Shown here: piece after piece, positions 33,021 through 40,048 of the stretch
Layout of the letters: each line of letters begins with the position of its first letter
How positions within the stretch are numbered: position 1 is the stretch's first letter
Origin: a virus
Lineage: Duplodnaviria > Caudoviricetes
Virus record (IMG/VR): IMGVR_UViG_3300010048_000023
Span: 1-40,048 of that record
Strand: one strand, 5' to 3'
Length of the DNA stretch: 40,048 nt
Position numbers and translations under genes: made by a program
Notes under the pieces: generated by a model
The model's database searches: none
Told to the model about the DNA's origin: nothing
What the model saw: the letters and a program-made list of their open reading frames with translations, nothing else

Positions 33021-35624
33021 TCAGGAAGACCCGATGAAGACCAGGCCAGGTGTGGTGTATTGAGTGTCGGTCACGATGATGGCGATGGCGTCGGCTTCGT
33101 CCGTCCACACGCCATCAGCGCGAAGCCACCTTCCATCCCACGACCGCTGGCACTGCAAGATGATCGCGCCGCCACGGAATGTCGCAACGACGTTGAAGCG
33201 GCCAGACGGGATCGTGCCGAGAGCAATGCTCCAGGCTCTGCTGGTGCCTAGCACAGTGAGTGTCAGCGAATACTGCGTTCCATCCGCACTGATAGCCACG
33301 CGATAGCCGTGGGTCGTATCGGTGGCGCGGGCAATGATGAACGTCGAAGCGGCGGCCGGCACGGTCGTATAGTCGCTGGGAATGACACTGAACCGCACCA
33401 CGTAATCCGCCGTCGTGAGATCGGCATTGCTCTGGTAGATGCCACTACCTACAAGCTGGTCGCCAACGATTTGCGCCATGCCGGACACCATTGTCCACGC
33501 GCCCACGTCGTCTGGATTGCTGTAGAGCTGCAACAGCGTGCCATCCGTGGCCGTGAAGCTGGTGCGGATTAGTTCCTTCTCGTCAATGGCAACGGAGGTC
33601 CAACCGGTTTCCATGTCCGCGACAAATTGCCGATAGAACACACGGTCGGACTGGTTGATCATATGCGGCCAAGCGCGCAGTCGCTTAATCGGCGCGCCGT
33701 TATCGGTGTATTCGTCCAGCGTCAGCTCGTAGAGGTTGCCATTCTCCCAGTCGCCGCAGACGACAACGCCGTTGCACGGATAGCAGCAATTAGCGCGGTG
33801 CCTGTGTTCCCGTCCGTTGGTATCGAGCCACACCCATTCGTGCCAGAGGCTGGTGCTAACGTCATACACCCATGTTGCGTCGGCCTTCGGAAAGGTCAGC
33901 ACGTAGAATGTATGGCCAGCGAGCTGGTAGGTAAAGCCGATAGCATCGTTGATTGTGTCGTATTCGGATATCGTATGCTCAATGGCAAACGTGCTGACGC
34001 GCTTCGTCTGGTATCCCGCCCCCTGCAGCACAATACCCTTGCCGGCGCGATCATACGACAGCCAGAAGACGCTGTTGTCGTAAACTGCGACGCTATACTT
34101 CGCGACAATGCCATGGTCGATGAACGTTGATGGCACGGCCTGGAAGGGAAAGTCCGGTGCGCCGACATTGGCGAATATCTCTGTCGTGCGCTCGCCGAAT
34201 AGCCATATTTCGCGTTTGACCACGGCGAGTGTCCGCAGCAGGTCGCTGAATGCCTCTTTGTTCGCGAACCACAGCGGGTCGAAGGTGAGCGCCAGGCTAT
34301 CGGACGAATAGAATTGCGGCGTGTTGGGTTTGTTGAACAGCAGATAGGTGTCGAGGTAATCCACCCTATCGGCGCCATACCAAGCGCTCATATCCGGCTG
34401 AACGACTAATGAGGTGACGGCAATCGGTGTCTGCCCGGTTGTGAGCTTATTAGGATGAACAACCGGGAATGACGGATAGGCCGTATTGCCGGACCAGCCG
34501 GTGCCAGAGGTCATGCCGTAAGTGACTGAAGCATCCTGGCTGATGGCGCCGACCAGGTTCTCTCCGATGCTGGGGGTATATGGCGTAGGAAACGTAAGGG
34601 TTATCGTTCCCCCCGCGACAGAGGTCGCGTCGGACGAGGTCGCTCGTACGATGCTGAAGTCGCTGTTATAAATAGCAACTCGTATATGCGCGCCGGCTGT
34701 GTATGTATTGACAGTGACGGTATTGATGGGACTGCTGGTGAGGGCAACGAACGGGAGATAGATGACATTATTGGCGGCAATCGCGACGCGGCTCACTTCC
34801 GGCGCCGAATTGATGGCTACTGGCAGATGGCTGGCTAGGCCGTTCGCGGGAGCGAATGGGAACGACGAGTAAGCGGTATTGCCTGATGAGGCCCCGGTAC
34901 CGGCGGCCATTCCGTAGGTAACCGAGGCGTCTTGGTCAATGGCGACAAAGAGGTTAGAGCCTTTGGTAGCTTTGTATGGCGTGCCAAAGGTAAAGGTTAT
35001 GCTCCCTGACGCGTTCGACGCCACTTCGGCTGACGTAGCTTCTGCGACGCTGAAATCGCCGCTGTAGATTGCTGCCTTGCAATGAGCGCCAGACGTATAT
35101 GTGTTGACGGTGAGTGAATTGATTGGGCCAGTGGCGGCGGCGGTAAATGGCGTATAGGTTACGATGTTAGCCGCCACTGCGGCCCGGCTCGCTTCGGCGT
35201 CGGTGCTGGTTATGGGGTCAGTGATCTTGTGGAAGCTGTTATCCGCCAAATGCACATACCAGCCACCGCCGGAGCCATCGACAATGACGAGGTCTGTGCC
35301 GTTATCCTGCATGCTGACGGGGGTGCTGCGTCCCAGCATGATGTCGCCGAGATGCGTGCCGGCCCATGTCGTAGGATCGATAAGGTAGACGCCTTCAGCC
35401 GCCACAGCATAAATCTGGCCAGTCGTCGCCTGCTTTATAGCGCGGATGCCGAGCTTCGGCAGTGTGTTGAGCAGGCGCAGGCCTGGCGTAGGGTAATGCG
35501 CGACTGGTGCCGGCTCGCCCTGGCCTTGAGGCATTGGCTCAGCGAAAAGATTAACACTGCGCTGTGCGCTGGCGACCACGCTGCGTGCTTCGTATGCGCC
35601 TCCGGTCAGGGGGACAGTCGGCAT
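33021..35624 (-). CDS. P22 gp10-like packaged-DNA stabilisation/tail hub protein, N-terminal part with inserted domains
   Basis: YPTPGLRLL, VSMQDNGT, IWLFGERTTE, RVSTFAIE, GHTFYVLTFP..TWVYD..WHE, GDWENGNLY, FVADMETG; the usual C-terminal motif is absent. Confidence 0.88.
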   Translation of the reverse strand: MPTVPLTGGAYEARSVVASAQRSVNLFAEPMPQGQGEPAPVAHYPTPGLRLLNTLPKLGIRAIKQATTGQIYAVAAEGVYLIDPTTWAGTHLGDIMLGRSTPVSMQDNGTDLVIVDGSGGGWYVHLADNSFHKITDPITSTDAEASRAAVAANIVTYTPFTAAATGPINSLTVNTYTSGAHCKAAIYSGDFSVAEATSAEVASNASGSITFTFGTPYKATKGSNLFVAIDQDASVTYGMAAGTGASSGNTAYSSFPFAPANGLASHLPVAINSAPEVSRVAIAANNVIYLPFVALTSSPINTVTVNTYTAGAHIRVAIYNSDFSIVRATSSDATSVAGGTITLTFPTPYTPSIGENLVGAISQDASVTYGMTSGTGWSGNTAYPSFPVVHPNKLTTGQTPIAVTSLVVQPDMSAWYGADRVDYLDTYLLFNKPNTPQFYSSDSLALTFDPLWFANKEAFSDLLRTLAVVKREIWLFGERTTEIFANVGAPDFPFQAVPSTFIDHGIVAKYSVAVYDNSVFWLSYDRAGKGIVLQGAGYQTKRVSTFAIEHTISEYDTINDAIGFTYQLAGHTFYVLTFPKADATWVYDVSTSLWHEWVWLDTNGREHRHRANCCYPCNGVVVCGDWENGNLYELTLDEYTDNGAPIKRLRAWPHMINQSDRVFYRQFVADMETGWTSVAIDEKELIRTSFTATDGTLLQLYSNPDDVGAWTMVSGMAQIVGDQLVGSGIYQSNADLTTADYVVRFSVIPSDYTTVPAAASTFIIARATDTTHGYRVAISADGTQYSLTLTVLGTSRAWSIALGTIPSGRFNVVATFRGGAIILQCQRSWDGRWLRADGVWTDEADAIAIIVTDTQYTTPGLVFIGSS

Positions 35625-35625
35625 A

Positions 35626-36651
35626 CTATGTTTTCGGGCTTGTGTCGGCTTCTATCCACGCGCCCTGCAGCACGGTCTTGGCTGGACAGGACCAGAAAAT
35701 CTGGAATACGCGATCCCTCGCGTAGCCCAATCGCTGCCATTGCACTGAATCCAGATAATAGCCTCGCGGCCCCATGTCCTGGCCCACCGGACTGCCCCAG
35801 ACGTGGCCGCGATCGTTCGACCATTGCAGAAACACGCGGCAGCCAGGCGTGGGGATGGTGATCAGGCTCATATCGTCCATGGCCATGATCGCCGAGCCAG
35901 GTGCGGGCGGTGGCGGCGGCGGTGGTGAAGGAGAATTGCAAGATCCGTCCGGCAGAAAAACCAACGTCCCGTATATATTAAAACTGCCGCCTGTCCCATT
36001 ATTGCTGGCGAAGTTGCTTGGGTTCGTATCGCCTGGACGCACTGTCAGATAAATCGGCGGCTGGGTTCCAAGTGGCGTGCTGCCCGTCGCACCGAGATCG
36101 ACCGGAGACAGATCGGCATTGATAAACTGCCGCCGATTTGCGACGACTGAAAGATCGAAGAAACTAGTCGGTGCTGCCAGGAATATGTCGCCGACGCCTG
36201 TCCCTGGCGCGTGAGAACCAGAGGCGCCGAATTGCCACTGTGTAAAGCCCCCAAGATTGAAGCCAGCGGGTGAGCCTGTCCAGCCACCGGAGGTCAATGC
36301 CAGCGGCGCATCATTAGCGTAAATCTGGATAATCCCTCCAACCCCATCAATCGATATCAACAGATGGGTGAAATAGCCTCCTGCCGCGTATGCGAATGAG
36401 CCATCGAACATCGTGGGTTGCGACTGCCCCGGCAGCAAATGCACATGCACTTGACTGTTGTTTAGACTGAAATTGCCAAATACGACTGAATTATTAAAAT
36501 CAACCGCGCGGTTCGCACCATCGTTGCCTAGACATATCCAGCCGCTAAACAGCAAATAGCGAAATGTCGCAGGAAACCCGGCGCGTCCTACGTTGATCAC
36601 TCCAGAGGCATTCCACTGAAGGATGACCTCACGGACGGAATAGCCAGCCAC
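35626..36651 (-). CDS. Beta-rich domain + Pro linker + gp10 C-terminal segment
   Basis: Ends VFLQWSNDRGHVWGSP..MGPRG.Y..VQWQRLGYARDRVFQIFWSCPAKTVLQGAWIE. Confidence 0.8.
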   Translation of the reverse strand: MAGYSVREVILQWNASGVINVGRAGFPATFRYLLFSGWICLGNDGANRAVDFNNSVVFGNFSLNNSQVHVHLLPGQSQPTMFDGSFAYAAGGYFTHLLISIDGVGGIIQIYANDAPLALTSGGWTGSPAGFNLGGFTQWQFGASGSHAPGTGVGDIFLAAPTSFFDLSVVANRRQFINADLSPVDLGATGSTPLGTQPPIYLTVRPGDTNPSNFASNNGTGGSFNIYGTLVFLPDGSCNSPSPPPPPPPAPGSAIMAMDDMSLITIPTPGCRVFLQWSNDRGHVWGSPVGQDMGPRGYYLDSVQWQRLGYARDRVFQIFWSCPAKTVLQGAWIEADTSPKT

Positions 36652-36664
36652 TAGGTCACCATGA

Positions 36665-36874
36665 TCAGGCCATTATCATAATGCTGGCGCCACTGGCTGT
36701 GCTCGCCGCTACGACAGTGGCCCATTGCTCAACAGCCATCTGTGTGACAATGAATTGAACGCTGTCGGATGTCACAGAAGACCATTCCTCTAGCGCGATT
36801 TGCGTTACCCATAATTGCGATGGCGTGGACGCCCATTGCTCGACGGCAATCTGGGTAAGATTGTAATCGGTCAT
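36665..36874 (-). CDS. Small virion-associated protein with three TQxAxE(Q/E)W repeats
   Basis: Internal triplication; ATGA coupling. Confidence 0.7.
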   Translation of the reverse strand: MTDYNLTQIAVEQWASTPSQLWVTQIALEEWSSVTSDSVQFIVTQMAVEQWATVVAASTASGASIMIMA

Positions 36875-38340
36875 GAGATCAGGTTCGGGCCAATTGATAT
36901 GCTATTCACAGCCGTCGCGGTCCACGTTGCGCCCGTATTCGGGTCCGTCGTATCCGTTCGCCACAGCCAACCCCAGCTTGTTCCCAGTGCGGTCGTCGTG
37001 CTCTGCACGGTAGTGGCGCCGGATTTCAGTTGCAGCGCACCGGAGCGCGCCCCCGCGTCGCTCTTCTCGACAAATCCCCGCGTCGTGACAGCGACGACAG
37101 ATGTCGGCGTGCCGGTGATTGCGGCAATGGCATATAGGTCGTTGTGGCCCACAGTGCTGTCGAAAACGTAGCTGGTGGCGCCGTCCTGCTGGGTTTCGTT
37201 GACGAGTGAGGTGCCATCAGTTGCCGTGAATACGGCAGTCGATAAAGGCGCCTGCTGCAAAGTGGAAGTACTCGGACTTGAGACTGGAAAGCTGGCATAA
37301 GATGTGGCGCTGCTCAACCCGCTGGTGCCGGTGGCGTTCCAAGTGCCAGAACTTGTGTCTGAACAGAATCCGAGAAAGAACACTGTGCCTTTAGTCAGCG
37401 TGGCTGGGGTCGGAAAGGTGAAAGTATTGACGCCAGTGACAGGATTGGAGATCGCTGTTGCGGTTGCCAGAACCGCGCCCACAGCACCCGCATTATAGGC
37501 AAAGACCGCGCACTTCATGTTTCCTGTATAGCCAGCGTTCAAAGAAACTGTTGCCGTTCCTATCGTGCCGTTACAGGGAGCGGTAGTTGCATTCGGGTAT
37601 CGGGCGCTGCCTGCGGTAATAGCGCCACCGGCTCCCGCCGTTCCCGCCGTTGCCGTCATCGGCGCACCCGAGAACTGATGTTGCACGTCGCTCGCTGGCA
37701 TGCGCGTGTAGCAGCGGATATCGCCCACCCACGGAACGGACGCCGCGTCGCTGCGCCAGAGGAAGTCGTCGATCAGCTGGGCATTTACCGCGGCGTTCAT
37801 GCCGATAGTAACTTTGTTGGCATAATTGTTAGCGCTGACACGGGTGTTCAGCGAACCCAACGTAAAGTCATTCGACGTATTGCCATTCTTACGAACCGTA
37901 AAGCTGCCGGTTGCGTTGTTAATGACAACCTCGAACTCGAAGGCAAACCATGAATTAGCTGCGGTGACCGCACCTGTATAGGTTGCCAACACAGTGCCGC
38001 CGGGAGTGCCGCTGGTGAGCAGTATCGCACCGTCACTGCGAAAGACGATACAGCACTGACCTGTCGTGCCATCGAGCAACTGAATATATAGACCCAGCGT
38101 CGTGCCAGAGAGGGCAGCCGTCTGCTGGAATGCGACAATGACGTGATGCACTGGATCAGTAGTGACAGTTGATGCCTTCGTCAGTGATCCTGTTGTGCTA
38201 TTCCACCCCAAGCCACGGCTGCCGGTAAATCGTCCAGTCACCAACCCACCGCCGGGGGCAACTCCACTATCCCAATAACCTGCGATAGCATCCGAAAATG
38301 CCGCATAGAGGTCGTAACCATCTCCAAACACAAATGCCAT
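36871..38340 (-). CDS. Tail/structural beta-rich protein
   Basis: Thr/Gly-rich; contains a third copy of the domain duplicated in the gp10-like gene. Confidence 0.7.
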   Translation of the reverse strand: MAFVFGDGYDLYAAFSDAIAGYWDSGVAPGGGLVTGRFTGSRGLGWNSTTGSLTKASTVTTDPVHHVIVAFQQTAALSGTTLGLYIQLLDGTTGQCCIVFRSDGAILLTSGTPGGTVLATYTGAVTAANSWFAFEFEVVINNATGSFTVRKNGNTSNDFTLGSLNTRVSANNYANKVTIGMNAAVNAQLIDDFLWRSDAASVPWVGDIRCYTRMPASDVQHQFSGAPMTATAGTAGAGGAITAGSARYPNATTAPCNGTIGTATVSLNAGYTGNMKCAVFAYNAGAVGAVLATATAISNPVTGVNTFTFPTPATLTKGTVFFLGFCSDTSSGTWNATGTSGLSSATSYASFPVSSPSTSTLQQAPLSTAVFTATDGTSLVNETQQDGATSYVFDSTVGHNDLYAIAAITGTPTSVVAVTTRGFVEKSDAGARSGALQLKSGATTVQSTTTALGTSWGWLWRTDTTDPNTGATWTATAVNSISIGPNLIS

Positions 38341-39098
38341 TACACACGGCTCGCGAGCAGAGTGATACCCAGATCGGAAAGCGTCGCGTCCTGGCTCGCG
38401 GGCGCCACGATCTGCAGCACGTCGCCCGCGTTCAGCGTCCCGCCCGAACCCGACAGCGTCGCGCTGGTGTTGCTGGTGGTGGTGACGGTCACCGTACCGA
38501 GCGCGGTCGTGCTGCCGCCGGATATCTTATTCACGGTGAACGCAGCACTCGCTGTCGCCTTTGTGGTGTCGTAGACCACCGTCCCAGCCAGCCCACTCGG
38601 CACCGTAATGCTCCACGGCATCGGCACATTCACCAACTGGCTCGCTGCCGGTTTACCAACGAACGGGAAGCTCAGTGGCACTTGTTGCACTTCGGTTGGC
38701 AATTGGCTGTAAGCTAACGGACCAGCGATGGCATTGGCAGCGACGTGTCCCACGGTGGGGTTGGGATACGTCCCCGACAGATCGCCGCCCGCCGCGCCGG
38801 TCGGTGGGCCGCCGCCGCCGACCGCTGTCGCTGTGAGTACGCCGCCAGCGAGGTTCAGCCCGGTGCCGACTGTCGTGACGGTGCCGGCGGTCCATTGCTG
38901 GATGATGTCGAGCATGCCGCCAGACAGCGTCAGACGGCCGCTGAGGGTGGTGACGTTGCCGGCGGTCCATTGCTGCGTCCCGGATGGACCGGTCGGTCCT
39001 GGCGGCCCTACGGCCCCTGGCGCGCCCGCATTCGCAGCGATCGCCGCGTTGAGATCCGACGCTGTTAGCACGTCGCCGTGCTGCCATGGATACGGCAT
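38340..39098 (-). CDS. Fibre-like structural protein
   Basis: [10 protein letters not shown], short collagen-like [24 protein letters not shown], two QQWTAG repeats. Confidence 0.7.
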   Translation of the reverse strand: MPYPWQHGDVLTASDLNAAIAANAGAPGAVGPPGPTGPSGTQQWTAGNVTTLSGRLTLSGGMLDIIQQWTAGTVTTVGTGLNLAGGVLTATAVGGGGPPTGAAGGDLSGTYPNPTVGHVAANAIAGPLAYSQLPTEVQQVPLSFPFVGKPAASQLVNVPMPWSITVPSGLAGTVVYDTTKATASAAFTVNKISGGSTTALGTVTVTTTSNTSATLSGSGGTLNAGDVLQIVAPASQDATLSDLGITLLASRV

Positions 39099-39860
39099 CT
39101 AGATCACAGCCCCCTGATCCAACACGAAGGCCCGGCCCAATCCCTTGCCCACGAGCGACAGGTCGTCGCGGATGCGTCCGAGAGGTGCGGGAATAATCAG
39201 CTCGGGCACCTGGGTATTTGCCTGCCGCAGTGTGTTGATGGCCTCGCGCATGGCGGCGACGTGCCCCGGATTGGCGGGCAGCCCGTAGCTGAGCTGCATG
39301 CGGATCGCCAGCGACCAGATCATGGCCGGGTAATACTCCGGCGGCACGTTCAACTGGTCGGTGAGCGCCGTGTATGTCGGCAACGGGCTCATGACGGTAA
39401 CATACAGGCCATACATATTTGCCGGCGGCACGGGCCACCAGTAGAGGCGCCCGGTTGGCCAGCCGCTGTCGTAGAAGACATACGCCGGGATTGTCTCCAA
39501 TGTCTTAACGCTAATCGCCGCGTAATCCTCCCGGCTTCCCAGGACGATGATAGGGATGTCCACTAAGTTCGGCGGTGCGCCGGGGATAATCCGAATATAT
39601 GCGGCGGCGATATGGGCGGGGCGTGCGCAATCGAAGTCCATACCTGGCCCGATGGTGTAGGATTGTGCGCCGGTGGAGGCGGCGACGCTCACCTCTTGCT
39701 GGACGTAGACCAGCCAACGCTTTTTCTGCCACTCGCTGATAATCATGCGCAGCCAGTCGAGGCCGGTGTAGCTGTCTTCGGCCATTGGTGTCTGCCCGAC
39801 GCCGACGATGCCGGAAACCCGCAGGCTGAAGTCTATGAGGTCGCCGACAGTCTGGATCAT
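39099..39860 (-). CDS. Head-tail adaptor (P22 gp4-like)
   Basis: TVGDLI..SLRVSG..GVGQTP.AED, YTIGPG, LYWWPVP, PPEY..A..WSLA. Confidence 0.8.
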   Translation of the reverse strand: MIQTVGDLIDFSLRVSGIVGVGQTPMAEDSYTGLDWLRMIISEWQKKRWLVYVQQEVSVAASTGAQSYTIGPGMDFDCARPAHIAAAYIRIIPGAPPNLVDIPIIVLGSREDYAAISVKTLETIPAYVFYDSGWPTGRLYWWPVPPANMYGLYVTVMSPLPTYTALTDQLNVPPEYYPAMIWSLAIRMQLSYGLPANPGHVAAMREAINTLRQANTQVPELIIPAPLGRIRDDLSLVGKGLGRAFVLDQGAVI

Positions 39861-39953
39861 GGCTTAGACTGCCGCCGGTTTGCGCCGGCAGGACGGCGGG
39901 GTCGAGCCCTTCCACAAGGCTCGGCCTCTCCTCTGCGGGTGCGTCTGGATCAT
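39850..39953 (-). repeat. 11-bp direct repeat ATGATCCAGAC (39860-39850 and 39953-39943) bracketing a hairpin-rich insert
   Basis: Exact copies 93 nt apart. Confidence 0.7.
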
Positions 39954-40048
39954 CTGCGCCTGCGTGCCATGATTGAGCCGAAGCCGCTGATTGTGCCGGC
40001 AGGGAATGTGCAGGTTGCGCCGAGAGTGACGTTGCCGGCCGCTGACAG
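39950..40048 (-). CDS. 3' end of the origin-spanning ORF (...VTLGATCTFPAGTISGFGSIMARRRR*)
   Basis: In frame with 826->1 when the 19-nt overlap is collapsed. Confidence 0.8.
   Translation of the reverse strand: MSAAGNVTLGATCTFPAGTISGFGSIMARRRR

Noticed and set aside
31234-39098. Diversity-generating retroelement or invertible tail cassette
   Set aside because: No reverse transcriptase, invertase or adenine-variant TR/VR pair seen; the repeats are ordinary diverged protein repeats
39864-39960. Hammerhead ribozyme in the hairpin insert
   Set aside because: Has CAGAUGA rather than CUGAUGA and no properly placed GAAA
40030-40048. Physical terminal repeat of the virion DNA
   Set aside because: It is only 19 nt and falls mid-gene; best explained as an assembly overlap
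1-40048. tRNA or rRNA genes
   Set aside because: No cloverleaf or rRNA-like segment recognised by eye; tRNAscan was not run

Overview
The window is an essentially complete, circularly assembled genome (about 40,029 bp unique; nt 1-19 repeat at 40030-40048, and an ORF reads cleanly across the join) of a high-GC temperate P22-like podophage. An alphaproteobacterial host is likely but only inferred. The minus strand carries Cro-like, nuclease, replication and NusG-like genes, then terminase, portal, scaffold, coat, head-tail, tail and DNA-ejection genes. The plus strand carries a CI-like repressor, recombination and accessory genes, xis/int and a cassette of tiny membrane or secreted peptides. 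Main unusual features: (1) the major capsid gene is split by a complete group I (IA-type) intron with an HNH endonuclease in P8; (2) the P22 gp10-like tail-hub gene appears split and permuted, with its C-terminal segment at the end of the upstream ORF; (3) a 21-27 bp repeat fills three intergenic junctions and delimits gene cassettes, one of which encodes a TGT/DpdA-like protein; (4) a 2OG-Fe(II) hydroxylase and a sulfotransferase-like/GNAT fusion sit among the virion genes; (5) several micro-ORFs are missing from the ORF track. All family assignments come from motif recognition by eye, with no database searches.
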